Source of the DNA: Candidatus Poribacteria bacterium
GTDB lineage: Bacteria; Poribacteria; WGA-4E; UBA9662
Assembly (NCBI GenBank): GCA_036339735.1
Contig: JAYZAL010000104.1
Location: 1-64,000 of the forward strand
Direction of reading: 5' to 3'
Length of the DNA stretch: 64,000 nt
The notes under the pieces are model-generated. The model ran no database searches and was not told where the DNA came from. It saw only the letters and a list, made by a program, of their open reading frames with translations. The translations under genes were made by a program, and so were the position numbers. Numbering within the stretch: the first letter of the stretch is position 1; the number at the start of each line of letters is the position of its first letter. This document shows, one piece after another, positions 41,321 through 51,052 of the stretch.

Positions 41321-42400
41321 CTATGCCTTAATCCAACCACCACCAATTACCACATCGTCGTGATAAAAGACAGCTGCTTGACCTGGTGCAATTGCACGAC
41401 GAGGATGATCAAAAATTACTTTAGCTTCATCATCATCAGTCAATGTTATAGTACCCATTTCGCCTTTATCGCGATATCGGATCTTAATTGATGCACGAAT
41501 TGGCTCAGATGGTTGGTCAAAAGGTATCCAGTTTATTTGATTAACTATCATTTGTTCTTTTAGTAGATTACTGGCTTGCCCTACAACAATAGTATTGTTT
41601 TCAGTTTTGATTTCAGTTACGTATACTGGTTTGCCAACAGACAACCCCAAACCACGTCTTTGGCCAACAGTATAGAATGGGATTCCATCATGATGACCAA
41701 TCTTATTTCCACCTATGTCCTGAATGTCGCCAGCTTTAATTTGTTCTGGTATTCGGTCCATTAAAAATCGTTTATAGTTATCATCAGCAATAAAACAGAG
41801 TTCTTGGCTTTCTGGTTTGTCCGCGGTTTTGAGCTGATAACGGCGAGCAATGTCCCGAACCGATTCCTTATCCAAATCACCTAGAGGCATAAGTGCGCGC
41901 CCAAGCTGTGGTTGCGTCAGAGAAAATAAAAAGTAGGACTGATCCTTTTTTTCATCTGTTCCCTTCTTCAGTATATAGCGACCAGTTTCTGGATCTTGAT
42001 CAATTTTGGCATAATGTCCAGTTGCAACATACTCGTAGCCCAGTTGATCAGCTAAATCGATCAAGGAGCCAAACTTCAAGTCTTGGTTGCAAATGACACA
42101 AGGACTAGGAGTTCGTCCTGCGGTATATTCTTGAGTGAAATAATCAACGATACGCGTTCGAAACTCCTCTTCATGATTGACAGCATAGAAAGGAATATTT
42201 AGCTGCATGGCAGCATAGCGTGCATCGTCAACTCCCTCGACAGAACAACAGCTTGGCTTTTCGGTATCATGTTCAACCGTATCGTGGTCACCCAATCTCA
42301 TAGTCACAGCAACTACATCATAACCATCTTGCACCATTAGAGCTGCCATGACCGAACTGTCGACTCCACCACTCATAGCAGCAATCACTTTTTTACTCAT
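41321..42400 (-). CDS. mnmA: tRNA 2-thiouridine(34) synthase
   Basis: SGGVDSS, PCVICN, ATGHYA, KDQSYFL, SQELCF, TVGQRRG, PGQAAV; start corrected to 42400. Confidence 0.97.
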   Translation of the reverse strand: MSKKVIAAMSGGVDSSVMAALMVQDGYDVVAVTMRLGDHDTVEHDTEKPSCCSVEGVDDARYAAMQLNIPFYAVNHEEEFRTRIVDYFTQEYTAGRTPSPCVICNQDLKFGSLIDLADQLGYEYVATGHYAKIDQDPETGRYILKKGTDEKKDQSYFLFSLTQPQLGRALMPLGDLDKESVRDIARRYQLKTADKPESQELCFIADDNYKRFLMDRIPEQIKAGDIQDIGGNKIGHHDGIPFYTVGQRRGLGLSVGKPVYVTEIKTENNTIVVGQASNLLKEQMIVNQINWIPFDQPSEPIRASIKIRYRDKGEMGTITLTDDDEAKVIFDHPRRAIAPGQAAVFYHDDVVIGGGWIKA

Positions 42401-43259
42401 CAATGTTTCCTCTAGCTTTCTCACTAAGGCTTCGAATTCCATTGGTAGTTTGGTTAATGCTTATATTCAGACTGCCTGACCTGTAACCAGACAAATCAAG
42501 ACCAACCCGAGAATAACCTAGTGTTCTAAAATAACATACAACATCTTTCCGATTACCATTCTCTGTGAGAGTTTTTATACCATCGGAATCTAGTTCTATA
42601 CGTGCGTATTCATCGTGATGTCGAACTCTAAACTGACGAATACCAAGATCATACAAAAACTGTTCGGCTTGGTCGACTTGCCTTAGCTTTTGCCGAGTTA
42701 TACGAGTTCCGTAAGGGAAGCGCGACGAAAGGCAAGCAAAAGCAGGTTTGTCCCAAGTGCTCAGTTTCCATATCTTGGACGCCTGACGGATTTCCGATTT
42801 AGATATGTTTGCTTCGATTAGTGGTGCACGAATGCCAGCTTCTCGAGCTGCTTCCATACCGGGACGATGATCACCAAGGTCATCTGGGATCGCACCGTAA
42901 ACGATAGTACCGATTTGGTACCTATTAGCGATTGGCTGGAGCTTGTCGAACAACTCACTTTTGCAAAAATAGCATCGATTTACAGGGTTGCTGGCATAGC
43001 CATCGATTTCTAATTCTCCAGTATCTACTGTTTCAAATCGAATACCGATTTCTCGAGCAATTTTTTCTGCAGCCCTCATCTCTCGAGCAGGATAAGAATC
43101 AGAGATAGCCGTTACAGCCAAAGCATTACTGCCAACCGATCGGATGGCAGCTTCTGCTAGAAAAGTACTGTCTAAGCCACCGGAAAATGCCACAACTACT
43201 TTGTGATAGGATTTTAAAATTACGTCTAAAGCTTCTAATTTTTGATCTAGTATTGGCAT
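42393..43259 (-). CDS. larE: LarE-like ATP-dependent sulfur transferase (PP-loop)
   Basis: AFSGGLDS, NRCYFCK, DD..DHRPG, ACLSSRFPYG, RVRHH, GYRSGS. Confidence 0.88.
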   Translation of the reverse strand: MPILDQKLEALDVILKSYHKVVVAFSGGLDSTFLAEAAIRSVGSNALAVTAISDSYPAREMRAAEKIAREIGIRFETVDTGELEIDGYASNPVNRCYFCKSELFDKLQPIANRYQIGTIVYGAIPDDLGDHRPGMEAAREAGIRAPLIEANISKSEIRQASKIWKLSTWDKPAFACLSSRFPYGTRITRQKLRQVDQAEQFLYDLGIRQFRVRHHDEYARIELDSDGIKTLTENGNRKDVVCYFRTLGYSRVGLDLSGYRSGSLNISINQTTNGIRSLSEKARGNIDE

Positions 43260-43324
43260 GTTGCTCTACTCCTGCATGACTGGCCAGTTTCTGTTATCAA
43301 GGATTAGTGAGTGGTCAGTACGAA

Positions 43325-44137
43325 TCAGAGATCGGTTTTGAGAAGGTCAACACATTCTTGATGAATGTGACCATTGGTAGATAAAAACGAGACGACTCCC
43401 CCTTCATAGGCAGGATCATCAGGTTGCAGAGGGAAAATCGGTTTACCCGATGGGTCTGTGATTTCCCCTCCGGCTTCTCTTAGAATAATAGCACCAGCAG
43501 CAACATCCCACAACTTTGTGCCAAAATCAAGGCTACCATCCATGTAACCTGCGGCTACTGAACAAAGGTGCAATGCGGCAGATCCAAGATTTCGGCCTTT
43601 GGAGATATGCTGCATAAAAGATAATCTGGCTTTCATATTGCGAGAAGAGAAGCTAAATAAGCCGTCGGGAGTAATTCTCGGGCTGGAATTAACTTGAATC
43701 AAGGTCCCATTCAACCTAGCACCAGCCCCAGAGACTGCGGTAAAAGTGCGATTACTGACAGGGTCATGGATAACGCCCAAGAGTGGATTACCTGATTCCA
43801 ACAAACTGATAGACACTGCAAATACGGGGAAATGTTTCGCATAGTTCGCAGTTCCATCCAATGGGTCAATTGCCCAACAGTATTCAGTGTTGGCATTCGA
43901 TAATCCATATTCTTCACCTAATATTGCATGTTTTGGATACTTCGCCTGAATAGTTTCAGTAACAAATAGCTCTGACGCTTTATCAGCTTCTGTGACTACA
44001 TCGCCAGGACTTTTATGTTCAATCTGGTGAATTTGGCCGTAATAGCCCATTAGGATTTCCCCTGCTTGGTGGGCCAGACCTTCAGCAAAGGGTAGAATAT
44101 CTATCACTTCATTTGGTCCATAAAAAATAGCTTTCAA
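43325..44137 (-). CDS. Inositol monophosphatase family protein (SuhB-like)
   Basis: VTEAD, GEE, WAIDPLDGTANY, WDVAAG...EAGG. Confidence 0.93.
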   Translation of the reverse strand: MKAIFYGPNEVIDILPFAEGLAHQAGEILMGYYGQIHQIEHKSPGDVVTEADKASELFVTETIQAKYPKHAILGEEYGLSNANTEYCWAIDPLDGTANYAKHFPVFAVSISLLESGNPLLGVIHDPVSNRTFTAVSGAGARLNGTLIQVNSSPRITPDGLFSFSSRNMKARLSFMQHISKGRNLGSAALHLCSVAAGYMDGSLDFGTKLWDVAAGAIILREAGGEITDPSGKPIFPLQPDDPAYEGGVVSFLSTNGHIHQECVDLLKTDL

Positions 44138-44326
44138 CTACAAGTTCGCTACCCACTAGGTTAACCCAAACCCTACCTTTAATGAAAGGGAAACTTAGGC
44201 AAGTTAGTAACAAATGTAGCATATCTGGTCAAGATCGAATTCAAAGAGTATAATTTCGATATGTCGGGGTTATAGGCCTAAATAATCAATCAGAAACAAA
44301 CTTTAAAAGAGAGATCACAAGTACTA

Positions 44327-45769
44327 ATGTCGAAATATGAAACTGTAATTGGTTTGGAAATTCACGCTGAACTCGATACCAAGAGTAAATTATTCTGTAA
44401 TTGCGACGCAGGATTTGGTGGTGCAGCTAATACCAATACCTGTCCCATTTGCACTGGCATGCCCGGGGTGCTGCCTGTGGCTAACAAGAAGGCAATAGAA
44501 TATACTATCCGGGCAGGCTTAGCCATGAATTGTGAAATTGCTAACTATAGCAAATTTGATCGAAAAAATTACTTTTACCCTGATTTACCTAAAGGGTATC
44601 AAATCTCACAATTTGACTTGCCACTCTGCAGAGAAGGGTACGTTGACTTTGAACTAAACGGTGAACATAAGCGAGTTCGTATTAACCGTATTCATTTAGA
44701 GGAAGATGCTGGTAAACTAATCCACGGAGACGTCACTGGAGATCAAAGTAAGAGCTATGTCGATTTTAACAGATCAAGCGTCCCACTGTTGGAAATTGTC
44801 AGTGAGCCAGATATCCGAACACCAGAAGAGGCAATTGCATACTGGCGATCAGTAAAAGAGATCCTAGAATATATCCAGGTCAGTGATTGTAACATGGAAG
44901 AAGGTAGTTTTCGTTGTGATGCTAACATCTCACTTCGTTTGTTCGGAAGTGAAAAATTGGGGACTAGAACTGAACTAAAAAATAAGAATTCTTTCCAGCA
45001 TGTTTTGGCCGCACTAAAATATGAGGAAAAGCGCCAATCACGGCTTCTTGACGAAGGAGAAACTGTATCTCAGACGACTCTACTCTACGATGTCGACAGC
45101 GGCCGTACATCACCAATGAGAAGTAAAGAAGAATCCCATGATTATCGATACTTCCCAGAGCCAGATTTAGTACCATTCGAGATAGATAACGAGGAAATTG
45201 AACAGATTAAAGCGGATTTGCCTGAATTGCCTAATTCAGTTCGTCAGAGATTTACTGCAGAATATGATTTGCCGACCCACGATGCTCATTTTCTGAGTAG
45301 CAGTCGATATTTAGCCAGCTATTTTGAAGCAGCTGCAAAATCTAGTCAGGACCCAAAAGGATGCAGTAACTGGATCATGGGAGATTTATCAGGACTTCTA
45401 AATAATGCTGGCCAGTCCATTGAAGATTGCCAGGTAACGGCAGCGCACATCAGCCAGTTAGTTGTATTAATTAATGAAGGATCGATAAATGGGAAGATTG
45501 GAAAAACAGTAATTGCTGACTGTTTCGAAAGCGGAAAAATGCCGAAACAGATTATCGAGGAGAAAATGTTAGCTCAAATTTCCGACTCAGGCGAGTTAGC
45601 AGACATTATCGCCCAAGTAATCGCACAAAATCCAAAATCAGTAAAGGACATTCAGGAAGGTAAAACAAAAGCGATTGGATTTCTGGTAGGTCGAGTAATG
45701 AAAGAAACAAAAGGGAAGGCAAACCCACAATTAGTGAATCAAATTTTAAGAGAGCAATTGGGGGTCTAA
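44327..45769 (+). CDS. gatB: Asp/Glu-tRNA amidotransferase subunit B
   Basis: IGLEIHAEL, RKNYFYPDLPKGYQISQ, DYRYFPEPDL. Confidence 0.99.
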   Translation: MSKYETVIGLEIHAELDTKSKLFCNCDAGFGGAANTNTCPICTGMPGVLPVANKKAIEYTIRAGLAMNCEIANYSKFDRKNYFYPDLPKGYQISQFDLPLCREGYVDFELNGEHKRVRINRIHLEEDAGKLIHGDVTGDQSKSYVDFNRSSVPLLEIVSEPDIRTPEEAIAYWRSVKEILEYIQVSDCNMEEGSFRCDANISLRLFGSEKLGTRTELKNKNSFQHVLAALKYEEKRQSRLLDEGETVSQTTLLYDVDSGRTSPMRSKEESHDYRYFPEPDLVPFEIDNEEIEQIKADLPELPNSVRQRFTAEYDLPTHDAHFLSSSRYLASYFEAAAKSSQDPKGCSNWIMGDLSGLLNNAGQSIEDCQVTAAHISQLVVLINEGSINGKIGKTVIADCFESGKMPKQIIEEKMLAQISDSGELADIIAQVIAQNPKSVKDIQEGKTKAIGFLVGRVMKETKGKANPQLVNQILREQLGV

Positions 45770-45778
45770 ATATTTCTC

Positions 45779-46570
45779 CTATTTCTTAGCTTCGGTTATG
45801 TCTCTTAAAAACTCAATAATATTAGCCAGATCTTGGTCAGATAATTTACTTTTCCCTAATGCTGGCATAAGGTAGCCTCCTTGGCGGGTATAAGAAGCGA
45901 TCTTGTGCAATCGAGCTTCTAAGTTAGACGGAGGTCGCGAACGAACTAGCTGCGTACCGATACCACGTTTCTTAGGCCCAGAATGACAACCTGCGCAGGA
46001 CTTGCCATACAATTTCCATCCTTTATCAGCATCCCCGTCTAATTTTAGAATTTTATCCGCCGTAGCTTGAGCTTCAGTACGACTCAGTGGGTTGTAAGAG
46101 ACTTGCTCGGTCTCACCCACTTGGGTTTTGGTAGTTACATAATCAAAATAAGCCATTAATGCTTTGGCTTTTTGCTCAGGAATCGCAATAGGGTTTACTT
46201 TTTTCGCGGGAATACCTTGCAGAAATCTTTGGTAACAAACCCCTGCCCCCCCAGCAGACCGAAGAAGTTGATTCGGCTGAATCTCCTTCCACTGCGATTT
46301 TTGACGCTGAGTAACGCCAACGATGCTGCTTCCTGAACGGATTAGTCCATCGCTATATTCGTCTTCCTTGAAATCTGCGTGGCAAGTAATACACGAAAAA
46401 CCAGTCGCTTTTTTAGGGTCAACAGAACCTCCAAAAGAAGGATCATAAAAAAGCTGTCTCCCCAACCTAGCTAATTCCGGCATTTCCTCGGTCAAACTTA
46501 GTCCTGCAAACGAAAAAAAGATCACGTTTAAAAGAAGTTGGAAACGAAAAAACGTTCGGAATAGAAACAT
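45779..46570 (-). CDS. Exported diheme cytochrome c, TsdA-like layout
   Basis: Signal-peptide-like N-terminus, CITCH and CAGCH, extra Cys in VCYQRF, distal MP. Confidence 0.8.
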   Translation of the reverse strand: MFLFRTFFRFQLLLNVIFFSFAGLSLTEEMPELARLGRQLFYDPSFGGSVDPKKATGFSCITCHADFKEDEYSDGLIRSGSSIVGVTQRQKSQWKEIQPNQLLRSAGGAGVCYQRFLQGIPAKKVNPIAIPEQKAKALMAYFDYVTTKTQVGETEQVSYNPLSRTEAQATADKILKLDGDADKGWKLYGKSCAGCHSGPKKRGIGTQLVRSRPPSNLEARLHKIASYTRQGGYLMPALGKSKLSDQDLANIIEFLRDITEAKK

Positions 46571-46872
46571 ATCAGCACCAATGCTTTATCAAATAGTTTA
46601 TTTAGGTAAATAGCGAACTAACCTAGAATCGGTTCGTACTTGCTAGTATCTTAATCTTACCCGCTAAGTACAAGAATAATCCATTTAAAATCTGGTTTAC
46701 AGTTTGATCTGGCGAAAGTTTAATAACTTTTACACAACAGGAAAAATCAGCCGAAAGTTCACAAAAGCCCCGCGGTATCAGGCTACATTTCCAGTACTAG
46801 TCAATGTGAATTTCCTTTGTAATACAGGCGCAAAAATGTTCTAGGCCTAGCACCTGATTTGATTTAAGAATA

Positions 46873-47142
46873 AACCTTCCACTTAGTTTGTCTTGGCTAT
46901 TATGTTGCTGTATAGAAATAAATGAGCAGCTAGCCTGCTGGAATAGATCTAGCACTCGATGTAATTGTCGAAGGGAAATATGATGCTGTTAGTAGAACTA
47001 TTTATGTGCAATCAGTCTTACAAAAGACCTAACAAGTTGCAGTACTTACGAAGCAAGTGAGTATAGTGGCGAGTGAAATTTTGAGACAAATAACGACGCT
47101 GAAGGTTCACATTTATACAGATAGATGATTGCTAAATCTATC
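46873..47142 (+). ncRNA. Candidate structured RNA or element, class unknown
   Basis: Three nested long-range stems plus several internal hairpins found by eye. Confidence 0.4.
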
Positions 47143-47329
47143 ATTTAAAAAACACTGGGTGAAGTTTTCAAATGAGAGCAGAACCACTATTAGGTTTAAA
47201 AATTTGATCATACAAACTATTTATTGGTCCTGACAAAAAACAAATACTGTTCTCAAGAAATTGGGTGTTATTTCTAGCAATCGAACGATTGCCTAACTGT
47301 TTTAACTAATTAAAAAGCAACAGGCAATT

Positions 47330-48361
47330 TCAGCTACTGACTTTTCCTTTCGGTATAACAACTGCAGCTTCAATTGCTTGCAATTCCACACGTTGCCCCA
47401 CCTGAAACGGGCAATCGTAGGGCGTTTGAACAAAACAATGATACTCCTCAAACTCAATCTGATAAGTTATGTCATGGCCTTTAAAATCTCGCTTACAAAT
47501 TGTTCCTACGTAGCCACCGTTAGGTTTTTTCATTACAAGGTGTTCGGGACGAATTGAGACATGAACAGGACCAAAACTTTCAGCTGTCAGTTGGAAATAA
47601 CCAAATTTGGTTTTTACTCGGTAACCATTAGCTATCCCATCAATGATATTCGATCTACCCAGAAAATTTGAGACAAAATAAGTTTTGGGACTACGGTATA
47701 TTGGTTCAGGTGGACCGATTTGTTCAATTCTACCTTCCGACATTACTGCGAGCTGATCTGAAAACGACAAAGCTTCTTCTTGGTCATGCGTCACAAGAAT
47801 CGCTGACATATTAACCGACCTGAGTAGTTGATGAACTTCCAATCTTGTCGACTCACGTAATTCAGCATCTAAACTCGAAAATGGCTCATCAAGCAAAATC
47901 AGTTTCGGATTAGGTGCAATAGAACGTACCAATGCGACTCGCTGTTGTTCTCCACCAGACAAATCGTGTGTTCTTCGATGCCGCATGTCTGATAACTGAA
48001 CCATTTCCAGTAAATCTTCAGCTTTTTTGATCCGCTTAGTTTCAGGTAAGTTTTTTAAACCAAAAGCCACGTTTTCAATTACGGTCAAGTGTGGGAACAG
48101 AGCATAGTCCTGAAATACAAAACCAATATTTCTCTTTTCTGGTGGTATTGCATATTTTTCCCCGGACAAGCAATTCCCCATTAGATCAATTCTACCGCTA
48201 TCTGCTTGCTCAAGTCCTGCAATAAGTCGCAAAATAGTTGTTTTCCCACAACCGCTAGGTCCAACTAGAGCGAAGATTTCTTCTTCTCCTACGGAAAAAC
48301 TAACCGAATTAACCACCTGCCTGTTATCGAAACTTTTAGTCAAATTTTGGATTGTGAGCAT
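47330..48361 (-). CDS. fbpC: Fe3+ ABC transporter ATP-binding protein
   Basis: GPSGCGKTT, FQDYALFPHL, LSGGEQQR; operon context. Confidence 0.88.
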   Translation of the reverse strand: MLTIQNLTKSFDNRQVVNSVSFSVGEEEIFALVGPSGCGKTTILRLIAGLEQADSGRIDLMGNCLSGEKYAIPPEKRNIGFVFQDYALFPHLTVIENVAFGLKNLPETKRIKKAEDLLEMVQLSDMRHRRTHDLSGGEQQRVALVRSIAPNPKLILLDEPFSSLDAELRESTRLEVHQLLRSVNMSAILVTHDQEEALSFSDQLAVMSEGRIEQIGPPEPIYRSPKTYFVSNFLGRSNIIDGIANGYRVKTKFGYFQLTAESFGPVHVSIRPEHLVMKKPNGGYVGTICKRDFKGHDITYQIEFEEYHCFVQTPYDCPFQVGQRVELQAIEAAVVIPKGKVSS

Positions 48362-48362
48362 G

Positions 48363-49910
48363 TCAAGCGGATTCTACCTCTTTGAAAAAAACAATGGCAA
48401 CGAAGAATAAAGAGACTATGACAAGTACCATGGCATATGGTGCAGCCTCAACAAACATTGCCTCCTCCGCATAAGACCAAAGTCGAAGAGCGAGTGTGTC
48501 GAAGCCGATTGGGGATAGCATAATGGTGATTGGTAACTCTTTCATTACAGCTAAAAAGATGAAGGTAAAACTGACTACCATACTATTTCGGAGAAGTGGA
48601 AAAACAGTATGCCAAAAAGCGGCAAAAGGTGATCGACCTAAGGAACGAGCGGCTTCTTCCAAATGAATTGGAATCTGTAAAATAGCTGACCTGATTGGAC
48701 CAGTAGATTCCGCTAGGAAGTGTAGCATATAGGCCAAAATCAACAAACAAAAAGTTTGATAAATAATAGGCAATGCATATAAAGATAAGAAAATCCAAGC
48801 CAACCCGAATGCCAAGGGTGGCATCGCATAACCGATATAACTCAAACGTTCAAATGTACGAAAAGAAACAGATGGATAACGAACACTAGTATAAGTAAAT
48901 AGCAGAGCCAGTATGGTCGATAAAGTAGCGGTTAATACTGATACTGATGCTGATTGCAGAATGACCTCCACCAAGGATATGAAACTCAAAGCAGAAAAAC
49001 CTCGACCAGACCAAAACAGAACAATAAATGTTGGGATAACGACACTCAGAAAAAGTATGCCGACTAAAAACGAATACGCCAACCATTTCCATTTACCTAG
49101 CGGCGTTAAATTGGGCGGTCGAGTTTGGGTCTTCCCTGTTTGATGGTAATACTTGTATTTAATGAAGTTAAACTCCAAAATTAGCAATAATACAGTTAGC
49201 GCAATCAAGATCAAAGCGAGCCAAGCTGCATACGTACGATCGTACGCAGCCATGTATTGTGAAAAAATAGCATAACTAAAAGTTTCGTATCTCATCAGAG
49301 AAACCACACCAAAATCGCCAATCACATGTAAAAACACCAACAACCCACCGGAGAAAAAGGCTGGTATAAGCTGGGGGAATGTAACATGCCAAGTTGCAGA
49401 CCACTGGGAGCAGCCTAAACTACGAGCGGAGTCAAGCAGTGTCGGGTTTAGGCCTAACATCGCTGATCTGAGATTCAAGAATAGGTATGGGAAGGTATAA
49501 AAAGTTAATGCGATTAGGGAACCAGAAAAACCACTCAAACTTGGAAGGTCAATTCCCAAAGTCTGTTGCCCTTGAAAACCCGTTAAACTCAGTAAAGCAT
49601 AGGCAGTCACATAAGCAGGAACTGCCAAAGGTAGAACTCCTGCTAAAGTAAAAATAGTCTTGAATTTTAGATCGGAACTGCTAGTCAACCATGCCATTGG
49701 GGTTGCAATCAAGGTGCTACAACACACCACAGCCATAGCCAAAATTAGGGTGTTCGACAGAAGATCGAAATTACGTTGTCTAAACAGTAACCCTATAATT
49801 TCCGAAGGTCTAACACTAAAAGCCTTTATTAGCAAATATCCTAGTGGCAGTAGTATAACCATCCCTACAAAAAAGATGGGCAAAGCTAGATACCAAGGCG
49901 GTTTTTTCAC
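48363..49910 (-). CDS. fbpB: Fe3+ ABC transporter permease with two fused TM domains
   Basis: Two EAA loops (SARSLG, EEAARSLG), DFG, KELP. Confidence 0.88.
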   Translation of the reverse strand: MKKPPWYLALPIFFVGMVILLPLGYLLIKAFSVRPSEIIGLLFRQRNFDLLSNTLILAMAVVCCSTLIATPMAWLTSSSDLKFKTIFTLAGVLPLAVPAYVTAYALLSLTGFQGQQTLGIDLPSLSGFSGSLIALTFYTFPYLFLNLRSAMLGLNPTLLDSARSLGCSQWSATWHVTFPQLIPAFFSGGLLVFLHVIGDFGVVSLMRYETFSYAIFSQYMAAYDRTYAAWLALILIALTVLLLILEFNFIKYKYYHQTGKTQTRPPNLTPLGKWKWLAYSFLVGILFLSVVIPTFIVLFWSGRGFSALSFISLVEVILQSASVSVLTATLSTILALLFTYTSVRYPSVSFRTFERLSYIGYAMPPLAFGLAWIFLSLYALPIIYQTFCLLILAYMLHFLAESTGPIRSAILQIPIHLEEAARSLGRSPFAAFWHTVFPLLRNSMVVSFTFIFLAVMKELPITIMLSPIGFDTLALRLWSYAEEAMFVEAAPYAMVLVIVSLFFVAIVFFKEVESA

Positions 49911-50915
49911 CTATAGTAGTCCAACCTTTTGTAAGAGTTTAAGTGTACCTTCTGTATCATTGAGTTGACTTAAATCAATTTCTGGAGACTCCTTAATCAA
50001 TTGTTCTAAAGATAGTAGCTGTTGATTCGGTATGATCTGGTCGGTGACAGCGTATTCAAAAACTTGGCTAGAAAAATATTGTTGAGCTTTCGGGGATAAC
50101 AAGTAACGAACCAACTTTTTAGCTAATTCGGTTTGACGGCTACTCTTCAGTATACCGATCCCCGCGACATTAACGAGATTCCCTACATCTTGAGATTGAA
50201 AAAATTGTTGATTTACCGGGAATTTAGAATTTGCCTTCTTAAAACGAAGCAAATAATAATGATTCGGTAGACCCACATGGATGTCTCCAGCGGCAAGGGC
50301 TTGAATAATTGGAGTGTTTTTTGGATAGCTTTTGGTTCCATTATTCTTCATAGCAAGTAACCAATTTTCAGTTTTTTCCTCACCAAATAAGACTCTCATT
50401 GCCGTAATAAAAGATTGAAAAGAAGCGTTCCTAGGGGCCCATCCAACCCGACTTTTCCATTTTGGATCTGTCAAATCGAAGACACTTGCGGGTAAATTCT
50501 CTACCTTCAGATGTTTTGTGGAATAAGCGATGACCCTTGCGCGACCGCTAGTGGCTACCCAATCTTGGTTTTCTGCAGCCTGGAACTTTGATGGTACAAC
50601 AGACAAGATATCTGATTCTAACTGGGAGAATAACCCATTTTTGCTAATTGCCCCCAGAGCCCCACCATCCTGAGCCCAAAAAACATCGGCTGGAGATTTC
50701 TTACCTTCCTCCATTAAAGTTAAAGCTAATTGAGCTGTATTACCGTATTTAACCTGAACCTCAATGCCATTTTCTTTCTCAAATTGCTTGATAATTGGAT
50801 CAACTAAACCTTTACTTCGACCAGAATAGACAACGAGTTCTTCTTTCGCTTGAACAGCAGAAAAAATGCCACAAATCAAGATGAGAGACAGACCAATCCA
50901 AAATTTATATTTCAA
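49911..50915 (-). CDS. fbpA: Fe3+ ABC transporter substrate-binding protein (FbpA/FutA type)
   Basis: VYSGR, SPADVF, NHYY tyrosine ligands, signal peptide. Confidence 0.9.
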   Translation of the reverse strand: MKYKFWIGLSLILICGIFSAVQAKEELVVYSGRSKGLVDPIIKQFEKENGIEVQVKYGNTAQLALTLMEEGKKSPADVFWAQDGGALGAISKNGLFSQLESDILSVVPSKFQAAENQDWVATSGRARVIAYSTKHLKVENLPASVFDLTDPKWKSRVGWAPRNASFQSFITAMRVLFGEEKTENWLLAMKNNGTKSYPKNTPIIQALAAGDIHVGLPNHYYLLRFKKANSKFPVNQQFFQSQDVGNLVNVAGIGILKSSRQTELAKKLVRYLLSPKAQQYFSSQVFEYAVTDQIIPNQQLLSLEQLIKESPEIDLSQLNDTEGTLKLLQKVGLL

Positions 50916-50950
50916 TTTTAATCCTTTTCTATTACGGTTTTACTTCACTG

Positions 50951-50981
50951 TCAATTGAAACTGAGGCTCAGTTTCAATTGA
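50951..50981. promoter_or_regulatory. Perfect 15-1-15 palindrome, Fur-box-like operator
   Basis: TCAATTGAAACTGAG-G-CTCAGTTTCAATTGA between promoter and fbpA start. Confidence 0.7.
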
Positions 50982-50994
50982 GGCGCCGGTCACA

Positions 50995-51024
50995 ATTTTA
51001 TCAACAATTAAATTTTACTGTCAA
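50995..51024 (-). promoter_or_regulatory. Sigma70-type promoter of fbpABC, TTGACA-N18-TAAAAT with extended -10 TG
   Basis: Hexamers read on minus strand. Confidence 0.7.
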
Positions 51025-51052
51025 GTGTAAAGCTACCAGTCTCGTGAGTTAA

